A program made the position numbers and the translations under genes. A DNA stretch of 63,783 nucleotides, counting the filler. It is 7 parts of 7 records of this genome, joined end to end, with 100 filler letters (N's around TTAATTAATTAA, not from the genome) between each part and the next. Parts side by side here need not be neighbours in the genome. Positions count along the whole stretch, not along the records: positions 28,116 to 34,349 come from SRR31156797_28605; positions 34,450 to 51,308 come from SRR31156797_28614; 5 more parts are not named here. One strand, written 5' to 3'. How positions within the stretch are numbered: the first letter of the stretch is position 1; each line of letters starts with the position of its first letter. The notes under the pieces were generated by a model, which saw only the letters and a list, made by a program, of their open reading frames with translations, was not told the origin of the DNA and ran no database searches. Shown one piece after another: positions 28,116-38,415 of this stretch.

Positions 28116-28808
28116 TCCGGACATTTTTTTAATGACCCCATATTTTGATACTCCACCTTTTTACATTTGAATTCAAAAACATTGTTAATTCACTTAAGAA
28201 AGATAACAGGACAGAACGAATCCATCCTGCTCTACTCATGCTTGTTTCCTTTTCCGCCACCAAAAAAGAATAGCAGGCATATACCTTTCCATAGTTTCTC
28301 TTTAGTCCAATTCCTTACTCCACTCTACAAAACATACATGTTTATCTGCATGGCACCGCCTCAGTAGCATAACCATTTCAGTAAACACACATCGCTGAAG
28401 AAAACCCTCTCCCCAGCCCGCAAGTGCTTTCAATCGAACTTCCCTGTTCGATCACCATTATAACGATTGAAGTTCTTCATATATAAGATGTTTTTAATGT
28501 AAAATGTCAGACCTTACTAAATTATAATGCCTTTATAATTTTAGATACGACATTTAAAACAATGGTTTTTAAAATAAGTAAGAGAAAATGTCACCAGCAT
28601 ATTAGCATGCAAGTGACATCAATAATAAGATACTGACATTAGTATGCTACGCTATTTCAAGAAGTTTTAGAGGCGTAGTTAAGATTTTCTGGAAATCAGG
28701 AATTGATCACAGGCTGCACTTTAAAGTAGTCTCTTAAAGTAACACATTCTACAAAAAAGGGATTGCATAATAGTAAAGGATATATCAAATAGTGCAGTTG
28801 CATCCAAC

Positions 28809-29738
28809 ATGAAGATAGTGCTTGCAGAATACGCCATGGGAATAGGACTTGAAGGAACACTGCTCCTTGAAGGTAAAGCAATGCTAAGCACACTTGCTGA
28901 CAGTTTTCACCGCCTTGGGCATGAGGTCACATACCTTAGTGCAGGCAGCAGGCTCAAAAATGGGAACCTGATTGAGTCAGACGAAACAACGTTTGAGGCT
29001 GTCCTTGAAAAAACTGCAAGTAAAAGCGATGCAGGTCTTGTGATAGGTCCTGATGAACTTCTTGGAGAACTTACAGAGATACTAGAAAAAAACACAGTTA
29101 ATCTGGAATGTTCTGCAGACTCAGCCAGGACATGTGCAGACAAACTGACATGTACACAAATACTGGAATCTGCATCAATTGATGTTCCGAAAATACTGGA
29201 TGGAAAAAGTGACTCCGGATGCGTTACAAAGCCCAGATTCGGATGTGCATCCGAAGGAGTACGCATGGGCAGGAATGAAAGGAACTGGGAAGATAACGAG
29301 GAATACATAGCAACAGAATACATTGAAGGGGAACACCTCAGTGTAAGCATGATATGTGGTCAGAAAACACTTCCATTAAGCCTTAACAGACAGCTTATCG
29401 ACATAGTTAGAGACGATAACGGAACAGTGTTCGATTACAGGGGAAATCAGATACCTTATATTGCAGAGTATGAGGAAGAAGTGTTCAATGTTGCAAAAAG
29501 GACAGTTGAAACACTTGGGTGCAACGGTCTTGTAGGAATAGATGTGATCTACGGAGATAAGCCCTATGTCATCGATGTCAATCCCCGTCCCACAACAGCT
29601 ATATTAGGCCTTGCAAAGATACTTGATTATGAGATAGCAGAACTTCTGCTTATGAATATGTTTGGAAGACTTCCTGATTCAATAAACCTTGAAGGGGAAT
29701 ACACTTTCACCAAAGATGACATTGAGGACATCATATGA
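28809..29738 (+). CDS. mfnD: Tyramine--L-glutamate ligase (ATP-grasp, methanofuran biosynthesis)
   Basis: EY...LLEGKAML, KPRFGCAS, EYIEGEHLSVS and DVNPRPTT motifs; adjacent to mfnF and mfnE. Confidence 0.85.
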   Translation: MKIVLAEYAMGIGLEGTLLLEGKAMLSTLADSFHRLGHEVTYLSAGSRLKNGNLIESDETTFEAVLEKTASKSDAGLVIGPDELLGELTEILEKNTVNLECSADSARTCADKLTCTQILESASIDVPKILDGKSDSGCVTKPRFGCASEGVRMGRNERNWEDNEEYIATEYIEGEHLSVSMICGQKTLPLSLNRQLIDIVRDDNGTVFDYRGNQIPYIAEYEEEVFNVAKRTVETLGCNGLVGIDVIYGDKPYVIDVNPRPTTAILGLAKILDYEIAELLLMNMFGRLPDSINLEGEYTFTKDDIEDII

Positions 29739-30703
29739 GAATAATAGGGATCGATATTGGCGGTGCGAATACAAAAATAGCATCTGCCGACGAAGAGATC
29801 ATAGAGCTTCACTATATACCGTTGTGGAAGGACACAACATTACCAGCCTCCCTGGAGGATATTGCAGAAGATCTGAAGCCTGATATGGTAAGTGTTGTAA
29901 TGACAGGCGAACTTGCAGACTGCTTTGAGGACAAGCTACAGGGAATAGAATTCATTATGCGTTGTGTAAATGATGCATTTGACTGTGATGTGAAATACAT
30001 TGACAGTAACGGAGCATTTTATGATGAATCCGAAAACCTGCGCGATCTTGCTGCAGCAAACTGGGCAGCATCTACAAGGCTCATTGGCTCGGAGATTGGA
30101 GATTGTATTTTTGTAGATGTTGGAAGTACAACCAGTGACATCATACCCATCAGAGATGGAAAACATGTTGCAGGACTTACTGATTTTTCAAGACTTGTCC
30201 GTAGTGAACTTTTCTATGCAGGAACTCTCAGGACAAACATTGCCTACATACTTGATAAGATAAATGTTGCAGACGGAGAATGCAATATTGCTTCAGAGCT
30301 GTTCGCAACCACTGCTGATGCTTACCTCCTTCTTGGAGATATCACAGAAGAATTATACACCTGTGAGACTGCAGATGGTGCCGGCAAGAGCAGGACAGAT
30401 GCTATGAGAAGACTTGCACGTGTTGTGTGTGCTGACCTTTCGGAAATATCTGCTGATGAGATTTACAACCTGGCACAACAAGTAAAGGAAAGGCAGATTA
30501 ACCTTTTGAGCGAGGCAATTGCAGTGGTTGCTGAGAAAAATGACCTCAACAAAATTGTTTCTGCCGGTCTTGGGGAATTCATGATCAAAGAAGCTGCTGC
30601 AAGGCTTGGTCTTGAATGTATATCCGTTGCTGACAGATGGGGACCTGATATTTCAAAGGTGTTCCCTGCTTATGCTGCAGCGAAAATACTTGAAGATGAA
30701 TAA
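29735..30703 (+). CDS. mfnF: MfnF, hydantoinase/oxoprolinase-like methanofuran biosynthesis protein
   Basis: GIDIGGANTK, MTGELADCF, AAANW, DVGSTTSDIIP and RRLARVVCAD motifs. Confidence 0.9.
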   Translation: MRIIGIDIGGANTKIASADEEIIELHYIPLWKDTTLPASLEDIAEDLKPDMVSVVMTGELADCFEDKLQGIEFIMRCVNDAFDCDVKYIDSNGAFYDESENLRDLAAANWAASTRLIGSEIGDCIFVDVGSTTSDIIPIRDGKHVAGLTDFSRLVRSELFYAGTLRTNIAYILDKINVADGECNIASELFATTADAYLLLGDITEELYTCETADGAGKSRTDAMRRLARVVCADLSEISADEIYNLAQQVKERQINLLSEAIAVVAEKNDLNKIVSAGLGEFMIKEAAARLGLECISVADRWGPDISKVFPAYAAAKILEDE

Positions 30704-30792
30704 GAAGAACTGGAAAAGCATAAAACGGATCGTGACAGATATCTAACAGAATATACAGTTCACTGTCCAGGGACACGTAAGGGGGCAAAGGA

Positions 30793-31422
30793 ATGAAGGC
30801 TGTTATTAAACTTGGAGGGAGCCTTATGAAAGATTCACCCTCCATAATAAAAGAGTTACAGGATTATTTTGCAGACGGCACAGAGAATTCTATTTTGATA
30901 ATTCCAGGTGGTGGAGTGTTTGCCAATCATGTGCGATCCGTAAGTGAAAGGTGTTCCATCGGCGAGGATGCTGCTCACTGGATGGCTATTCTTTCAATGG
31001 AACAGTATGCTTATTATCTTGTAGATAAAGCCGGAATCAGTCCAGTTGACAGTATTGAGGAGCTGCCAAAAGGCGTTTCCGTACTGTTTCCTTACAGACT
31101 TCTCAGGGAAAGTGACAGCCTGCCCCATTCATGGAATGTTACATCTGACACCATAGCTGCCTGGGTTGCAAGGGAAATAAATGCCCGTTTTATCAAGGTT
31201 ACGGATGTGGACGGAGTGATGGCCGATGACATTGTGCAGAAATGGATGACTGCAAAGGAGCTTTCAAGGATGGGAATAACCTGCATCGACAGTTCACTTC
31301 CAGGGTTTTTGATGGAGAATAAGATGGACTGTGTTGTTGTCAACGGATTATATCAGGAAAGGATTATCGATGCTGTTATCGGAAAGAATATCGTTGGCAC
31401 TCACATCAAGGGGAATATTTAA
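30793..31422 (+). CDS. mfnE: [5-(aminomethyl)furan-3-yl]methyl phosphate kinase (amino-acid kinase family)
   Basis: IKLGGSL, PGGGVFA, AHWMAI and LPHSWNVTSD motifs. Confidence 0.88.
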   Translation: MKAVIKLGGSLMKDSPSIIKELQDYFADGTENSILIIPGGGVFANHVRSVSERCSIGEDAAHWMAILSMEQYAYYLVDKAGISPVDSIEELPKGVSVLFPYRLLRESDSLPHSWNVTSDTIAAWVAREINARFIKVTDVDGVMADDIVQKWMTAKELSRMGITCIDSSLPGFLMENKMDCVVVNGLYQERIIDAVIGKNIVGTHIKGNI

Positions 31423-31513
31423 ATTATATACTGCGTATGTACTCAAATCATTGACATGCTGATTTTTCAGTATTTATATTGATCACACATCATTCATAGT
31501 AAGGAGATTCTAA

Positions 31514-31681
31514 ATGGCAAATAAACTTGATAATTGTACCACATGTAACAAGAGGCTCGTGGAAACAGGATACGTACGTTTCCCATGCCCTGTCTGTGGT
31601 AAAGAGCTCGGAAGATGTACAAGCTGCAGGCAGCAGAGCAATCCATACACCTGCCCAAAATGTGGCTTTAACGGAGCATGA
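31514..31681 (+). CDS. Small archaeal Zn-finger protein (DUF1610/HVO_2753-like, 55 aa), absent from the ORF track
   Basis: [11 protein letters not shown]...FPCPVCG...RCTSCR...[20 protein letters not shown]; usual position upstream of EF-1beta. Confidence 0.92.
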   Translation: MANKLDNCTTCNKRLVETGYVRFPCPVCGKELGRCTSCRQQSNPYTCPKCGFNGA

Positions 31682-31691
31682 GGTGTTTTAA

Positions 31692-31961
31692 ATGGGAGAA
31701 GTAGCAGCAACAATGAAGATTATGCCAGTTGGTGTCGAGACAGATCTCGCAGATCTTAAGGACAGGCTGGTCGCAGCATTGCCAGAAGGAGCAAAGTACG
31801 GCACCCACGAAGAAGAGCCTATTGCTTTTGGACTTAAGGCTATTAATATGGTTGTCCTTGTAGGAGACCTTGAAGGCGGCACAGAGAGCGTAGAGCAGGC
31901 TTTCGCAGCAGTCGACGGCGTAGAGAGCGTACAGGTAACCGGACTCGGCAGACCTGTCTGA
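31692..31961 (+). CDS. ef1b: Archaeal elongation factor 1-beta
   Basis: MGEVAATMKIMP...EEEPIAFGLKA...GGTE...VESVQV. Confidence 0.95.
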   Translation: MGEVAATMKIMPVGVETDLADLKDRLVAALPEGAKYGTHEEEPIAFGLKAINMVVLVGDLEGGTESVEQAFAAVDGVESVQVTGLGRPV

Positions 31962-32039
31962 GACCCCCTAACCTTTCTTTTTTTTATTTTTTATTTAACT
32001 TTATAACTTTTATTGGATATTGTGGGTAGGAGATAACTG

Positions 32040-32086
32040 TTACCTTCGTAACGTAAGGGTCGCTGGTTCAACTCCTGCTGACTGCA
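32040..32086 (+). pseudogene. Degenerate tRNA 3' half (Thr-CGT-like)
   Basis: TTAC-C-TTCGTAA-C-GTAA anticodon arm, GGGTC variable loop, GCTGG-TTCAACT-CCTGC T arm with mismatches; no 5' acceptor strand or D arm. Confidence 0.5.
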
Positions 32087-32286
32087 ATCAGTATAATGTC
32101 AATCTATGAATACAGACAAACATAATGCTTCAATAGCTATGAAGAAAACACAAACTCCTGTTTGGACAGAATCAGGAGATTTTCTTTTTTATCTTTTACG
32201 TACTTGCGCCAATCATCTGTTTGATTCTGGATCATGTAGAAACCACATACATAGTTTTTTATAATTTTCAGTCCCTTTTTTAAATT

Positions 32287-32591
32287 GACAGTTAACTTAT
32301 TTGCGGGTTAAGAAAGGGAGAATTCCATTTGGCTACTTCTTTTAGGTTAATTGCTAACAAAAAGTGCATTGTATAGATTTCGGGATCAGGGGTTCCCGTC
32401 TCAATGAGAACTGCCATAGCATCAAAACCGGTGAAATCCGGAAAGATACTTCACATTATTTTACAGTGTAGTTGTGACTATGTCCCATCTGCAATAATTG
32501 CGGACTTGACCAGAATCTGAATGAACTAATCGTGCGAAGAACCTTAGCCCAAAGATAAATGTCAGAAACAAACAACAAAGGAACATAAAAT
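32287..32591 (+). promoter_or_regulatory. Long structured putative 5' leader
   Basis: TATA-like TTTTATA near 32257; helix 32289-98/32344-53; hairpins at 32381-98, 32399-409 and 32428-41. Confidence 0.45.
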
Positions 32592-32846
32592 ATGAGAGAC
32601 AATAGAAATGGTGCTGATAGAGGCGGTTCAAGAGATGGAAACAGAAGGAATGATGGAGGCTATGGTAGCGGAAATCGTGGCGGTGGAGGCAGAGGAGGAA
32701 ACTTTAGAGACAGCGGCCCAAGAGAGATGCATAAGGCAACCTGCTCCGACTGTGGCCAGGAAACAGAAGTACCATTTAAACCAGCAGAAGGCAGACCTGT
32801 GTACTGCAGGGAATGCTTCCAGAAACACAGACCTAAAAGATATTAG
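32592..32846 (+). CDS. CxxC-x17-CxxC domain protein with RGG-rich N-terminus (putative nucleic-acid binding)
   Basis: REMHKATCSDCGQETEVPFKPAEGRPVYCRECF. Confidence 0.92.
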   Translation: MRDNRNGADRGGSRDGNRRNDGGYGSGNRGGGGRGGNFRDSGPREMHKATCSDCGQETEVPFKPAEGRPVYCRECFQKHRPKRY

Positions 32847-32997
32847 ACCAGACCAAACGATATTCCACATTATCAGGCAAAGTAACTGATACTTTGCCAC
32901 TACTCTTTTTAAGCGTGATCCCCCAATTACTAATACAGTACCTGTTACTTCTTTTGATACAAACACCTATATAGGGAAGAGTTGAAACTCTTAATGG

Positions 32998-34349
32998 GTG
33001 TCAGGTATGAGGTTCTTTTCAGGAATATCCATAATATTACTTTTGATTATCTGGTCCAGTACTATTACTATTGCAGCAAGTACTATAGATTGTGAAAAAT
33101 GCCATCAGGCCAATTATGATGCATGGAGTGATTCACCACACAATACCGAACCTGCTATAAATGATCTCAAGCCGGATACAAAATCATGCCTTCCATGCCA
33201 CACGATCAAACCAACACGTCCTTACAGTACATACCATGGAGAAGTAACAGATGGATCACCGGATTGTGAAATGTGCCACCAGGCTCCTGCAGAAGGGTTT
33301 GACACACATATAACAACACCTTCTGAAGCAATACCCGGATCGAACATCTCTGCTGAACTCTGTGCAAGCTGCCATATTGAACAACATAAAGGTATCTACA
33401 GGGAATGGAATGAATATGACAGTGAAGTTTTCAATCCTGAAACAATGGTCAGTCATTCGAAGCCTTCCAACACAGAGGAAAGCGAAGTATTCAATAGCAT
33501 TACCTGTGTTTCCTGTAAGAGTACGGAAGGTGCCATACTAAACATAGAGGATGGAGAACTCTATGACCTGAGTGAAGATGTCATGCCAGAACCGGAAGAT
33601 ATTACTGAATGGCGGATCACCTGTGTTGCATGTCATGAACCGCACAGTGCCGGACTCAGGACTACAGCTACCCAGCTATGTGCAAGCTGTCATAATTCAG
33701 GTGGAATCGGACCTGATGGCAACACAACTGTTCTCAGGTATAACCAATGGGAAATGTACAACGGATCAATATTCACTAATGGTATCCATTCAGTCGACCT
33801 TGAATGTATCGACTGCCATATGGCAACGATGGTAGAGAACAATGAGACTACGGTGAATGGACACTCATTTGATGTCCAACCACTACTACTTTCAGACCAG
33901 AGTTCAGGGAATATATGTAAAAGATGTCATGTTGTAAGCCATAACGGAACACCGGTGGACAATGAATGTGATGACTGTCATGACATAGCTCTTTCGAACA
34001 TCATCTCAGTTAAACAGGGAACTACCAAGGACAGACTTCAGGAACTGGAATTACTCGAAGAGAATGCAAGCATCGCCCTTACAATGATAAATAACAGCTC
34101 AAAATATCAGAAGCAACTTGAGAATTACAACAATGCATTGTTCTACATGAGTGGAGTGAAGAATGATGGCAGCTTCGGAGTTCATAATCCGGAACGTGTA
34201 ACTGATAATCTTGATATGGCTGAGTCCCTGTTATATTCAGTGGTAGAAGAAGAAATAGGGGTCAGCAGGGAAGAGACGACAACACCGGCACTAGGGATTT
34301 TCACATCACTTATGGCAGTAATGGGTGTCGTACTGGGCTTTAGAAGAAA
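32998..34349 (+). CDS. Secreted multihaem cytochrome c with PGF-CTERM-like tail; last codons lost in the gap
   Basis: Signal peptide; 9 CxxCH plus 1 CxxCK; DGSFGVHN; TTTPALG-hydrophobic helix-RR. Confidence 0.9.
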
Positions 34350-34449
34350 NNNNNNNNNNNNNNNNNNNNNNNNNNNNNNNNNNNNNNNNNNNNTTAATTA
34401 ATTAANNNNNNNNNNNNNNNNNNNNNNNNNNNNNNNNNNNNNNNNNNNN
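34350..34449. other. Artificial contig linker
   Basis: N44-TTAATTAATTAA-N44. Confidence 0.99.
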
Positions 34450-35853
34450 GCCGGTACCCTTGGTGTCGGTCAGGAACTCATCTCGGTAGCCGATGAGGGA
34501 ACGGGAAGGCACGGAGAATTCGAGGCGGACACGGCCTGTACCGTTGTTGACCATGTTGGTCATGCGGCCTTTGCGTGTCTGGATTTTCTCAGTGACGATA
34601 CCCATAAAATCTTCGTCGCAGTCCACGAACAGGTGTTCGATGGGCTCCATCTTTTTGCCATTTTCTTCTTTTATGATGACTTCGGGGCGGCCAACAGACA
34701 GCTCGAAACCTTCACGGCGCATCTGTTCGACCAGAATGGCCATCTGAAATTCGCCGCGTCCCTTGACGAGATATGCGTCGCGATTTTCGGTGTCTTCAAC
34801 CTGAATGGCAACGTTGAGCAAGGTCTCTTTGTGGAGGCGCTCTTTGATCTTGTTGGTCTGGACGTGTTTGCCTTCCTTGCCTGCCAACGGGGAAGTATTG
34901 ATGCCGAACCGCATGGATACGGTGGGTTCATCAACTGTGATGCGGGGCAGTGCCTTGGGAGATTCCTTGGTGCAGATGGTGTCACCGATGTGAACATCTT
35001 CAATGCCCGCAACAACCACGATGTCACCGGGCTGGCAGACTTCGGTGGGAACGACTTTCAGACCATCGTAGGTCTGGAGTTTGGTGACTTTGAGCGGGAG
35101 GACCTTATCTTCGTCGGCCAAGCAAATGAGCTGGTCGTTAGATTTGGCTGCTCCGTGGTGGACCTTACCGATGGCAAGGCGTCCCAGGTAATCGGAGTAG
35201 GAAAGGTCGGATACGAGCATCTGAAATGGTTCGTCCGGGTTGTAGGACGGGCCGGGGACCTTGTCCACGATCATGTCCAACAGGATGTGCAGATTCTCGC
35301 CGCGTTCTTCTGCGGTGTTCATGGCGATGCCGTCACGGCCAATGGCATAGAGCAGCGGGAAGTCCAGCTGGTCTTCATTGGCGTCCAGATCGATGAACAG
35401 GTCATAAATTTCGTCAAGTACTTCGTCGGGACGGGCATCCTGGCGGTCAACTTTGTTGATGACGACCATAAGGGAAAGACCCTGTTCCAGAGCTTTCTTC
35501 AAGACGAAGCGGGTCTGGGGCAGCGGGCCTTCGGATGCGTCAACCAACAGGATGGCGCCGTCGGCCATGGAAAGGGAACGTTCCACCTCGCCACCAAAGT
35601 CGGCATGGCCGGGGGTGTCAATGATGTTGATTTTTGTTCCCTTCCAGCAAACCGAGCAGTTCTTGGCGGCGATGGTGATGCCGCGCTCGCGTTCCAGGTC
35701 CATGGAATCCATGATTCGTTCGTCCACGTCCTGGCCTTCGCGGAAGAGGCCCGACTGTTTGAACATGGCGTCCACCAAGGTGGTTTTGCCGTGGTCAACG
35801 TGGGCGATGATGGCGATATTGCGAAGCTCGGTGTTCTGTACTGTGTTGCTCAT
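34450..35853 (-). CDS. typA: Translational GTPase TypA/BipA, 3' truncated
   Basis: [36 protein letters not shown] and GRGE motifs. Confidence 0.97.
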
Positions 35854-36020
35854 TGTCTCTCCAATAATATGTAATGGGCGCTTCAAGCGCAGGCTGGGGG
35901 TACCCGAATTGGGTGGCTCTGGCAAGGATATATTGCCACTGTTGCCAAAATGGCATTCAAATCCCCGGAATAATCATATACGTTCGGGTTTGCCGTAACA
36001 CCCTGACCGTGGAGCAAACC

Positions 36021-37433
36021 GTGAGTAAAGATTACAGAATTGAACATGACAGCCTGGGCGAGGTAGAAGTCCCGATGGATGCCTATTATGGCGTGCAAAC
36101 TCAGCGAGCCCTTGATAATTTTCATATTTCCGGCATTGCCATGTCTCATTATCCGAGATTGATCAATGCCTTGGCATACGTCAAATTGGCGGCTTCGGAT
36201 GCCAATGCTTCTCTTGGTTTATTGGATGAGCAGAAAAGTCGGGCCATATCTCGTGCCTGCGAAGAAATTTTGTCCGGGAAATTGCATGAACAGTTTGTGG
36301 TGGATGTTATGCAGGGGGGAGCTGGAACTTCGGCCAACATGAATGCCAATGAGGTTATTTGCAATAGGGCCTTGGAACTTTTGGGACACGAAAAAGGGGA
36401 CTACGATCATCTGCATCCTTTGAATGATGTGAATATGTCCCAGTCAACAAACGATGTATATCCGTCAGCTTTAAACATTGCTCTGATTCTGGAAGTTCGT
36501 GAATTGATGGATGCCATGCGTCATTTGAAGAAGGCTTTTGCCGTTAAGGGCAAAGAATTTTCGGATGTGCTTAAGATGGGGCGGACCCAGTTGCAGGATG
36601 CGGTGCCCATGACGCTTGGACAGGAGTTTTCCGCTTGGTCGGTTATGATTGGGGAAGATGTGCAACGGCTGGATGAAGCTCAGCATCTCGTGCATGAGAT
36701 CAATATGGGAGCCACGGCCATCGGTACCGGGCTGAATGCTCATCCAGACTATACGCGTACTGTGACGGAAAAACTTGTCGAATCCACAACATTACAGCTT
36801 GTGTCATCGCCTGATCTTGTTGAAGCGACTCAAGATACCGGAGCATATGTTCAGCTTTCAGGTGTGCTTAAACGGGTAGCAGTCAAGCTATCCAAGATTT
36901 GTAATGATTTGCGTTTGCTTTCCAGTGGGCCACGGTGCGGTTTTAACGAAATCAACTTGCCGCCAATGCAGCCGGGATCGTCCATTATGCCGGGTAAGGT
37001 GAATCCGGTTATTCCTGAGGTTGTTAATCAGGTGGCATTTGCCGTTGTTGGTAATGATGTTACCATTTCAATGGCTTCCGAAGCCGGACAGCTTGAATTG
37101 AACGTGATGGAACCGGTCATTGGGTATTCTTTGTTTCAATCCATGAACATGTTGCAACGTGCCAGTCGGACTTTGGCAGATAAATGTGTATCCGGTATCA
37201 CTGCAAATCGAGAAAGGTGTCGTGAACTCGTGGAGAATTCCATTGGTTTGGTTACAGCTCTTAACCCGTTTATTGGCTATGAAAAGTCTGCCGAAATAGC
37301 TAAAGAGGCCATGAAGACTGGACGATCTGTTTATGAAATCGTGTTGGAAAAAGGCTATCTTAGTCAGGAGGAGATTGACGACATTTTGAAGCCTGAAAAT
37401 ATGGTCAAGCCTCGGTATTTCAAGCGGTCATAA
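36021..37433 (+). CDS. aspA: Aspartate ammonia-lyase
   Basis: RIEHDSLGE, QGGAGTS.NMN.NEV, GSSIMPGKVNP and GQLELNVMEP motifs; GTG start. Confidence 0.93.
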   Translation: MSKDYRIEHDSLGEVEVPMDAYYGVQTQRALDNFHISGIAMSHYPRLINALAYVKLAASDANASLGLLDEQKSRAISRACEEILSGKLHEQFVVDVMQGGAGTSANMNANEVICNRALELLGHEKGDYDHLHPLNDVNMSQSTNDVYPSALNIALILEVRELMDAMRHLKKAFAVKGKEFSDVLKMGRTQLQDAVPMTLGQEFSAWSVMIGEDVQRLDEAQHLVHEINMGATAIGTGLNAHPDYTRTVTEKLVESTTLQLVSSPDLVEATQDTGAYVQLSGVLKRVAVKLSKICNDLRLLSSGPRCGFNEINLPPMQPGSSIMPGKVNPVIPEVVNQVAFAVVGNDVTISMASEAGQLELNVMEPVIGYSLFQSMNMLQRASRTLADKCVSGITANRERCRELVENSIGLVTALNPFIGYEKSAEIAKEAMKTGRSVYEIVLEKGYLSQEEIDDILKPENMVKPRYFKRS

Positions 37434-37436
37434 ATT

Positions 37437-38210
37437 TTATTGGTAGCGGTCCAGGATGGCTTGGAAACGGCCGTCTTTGCGCATGGTTTCAAGTTCCTTG
37501 TTGAAAGCATCAATGAATGTGCAATGGTTTTTTTCTTTTGTGAAAGCGAAACGGAAAGGAGCGCTATCAAGTGGCTTTTGTGCAAAGGCGAATTCCTCTT
37601 CATTGAGGTTCGGAGATTTGCGAATAATCCATTTTGCCACATGCCGGTTTGTGAAAATGGCATCCACATGGCCCCGAGAAAGCATGAGCAGCAGATTTTT
37701 CGTGTTGTGGGCGTCGTGTCTTTGGATACTGCCACATGCGAATAACGTTTTTAGTGCTGGATAGGAAAAACCGTGAACGACACCAATGCTCATGCCTGTC
37801 AGTGATTGCGTGACTCGAGTCTGATCTCCGTTTCTAAAAACGAGTGTGTCTTCCGAAAGGACGACAGGGTCTGTCCAGTCGAATTGATCCGGTTCTGCAA
37901 CCCATTCTCTTGCCTTGGGATAAATATCCACGGTGCCGTCGCGAAGATTCATGAGGCAACGTTTTTCCGGGTAGTGGACAATTTTTAACGAGTGACCTGC
38001 GTATTCTGCGGCTTCTCGCATTATATCGATCATGATTCCTCTGGCCTCGCCATACCTGTCGGCAGGGATAATAAAGGGGGGCCACCCAGCACCGGCAGTG
38101 GTGAGAATCAGCTCATTTTGGGTGTCTTTTGAGGCGCCGATTGTCATGCTTGGCAACGAGAGCATGAGAGCGAAAGCGAAAAGTATAATATGTAATGTTT
38201 TTTTGAACAT
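37437..38210 (-). CDS. Periplasmic substrate-binding protein (family 3)
   Basis: Signal peptide; WPPF, G..IDI and C-terminal FNKEL.TMRKDG...I. Confidence 0.85.
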   Translation of the reverse strand: MFKKTLHIILFAFALMLSLPSMTIGASKDTQNELILTTAGAGWPPFIIPADRYGEARGIMIDIMREAAEYAGHSLKIVHYPEKRCLMNLRDGTVDIYPKAREWVAEPDQFDWTDPVVLSEDTLVFRNGDQTRVTQSLTGMSIGVVHGFSYPALKTLFACGSIQRHDAHNTKNLLLMLSRGHVDAIFTNRHVAKWIIRKSPNLNEEEFAFAQKPLDSAPFRFAFTKEKNHCTFIDAFNKELETMRKDGRFQAILDRYQ

Positions 38211-38415
38211 GAACCGCTCAGCGAGGAGAATGAAAGTTTTTTGTTGATGTGGACATATAAGGTAATAATAAGTTTGTCGTCCACAACTATGTGAATTTAT
38301 GTAGTTCAATTGGATATATGTGCATACATTTGCCTTTTTTTATTGCTTCGATTATGATTTCTAGAGAAAGTCGAGAAATGATTTTGGCTCTCGTTGGGGG
38401 CTGTACGGAGGGATT

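Noticed and set aside
32420-32445. CCGGTGAAATCCGG as part of a cobalamin riboswitch, SRP or RNase P RNA
   Set aside because: The flanking conserved elements are missing and the region is too AT-rich; kept only as part of an unidentified leader
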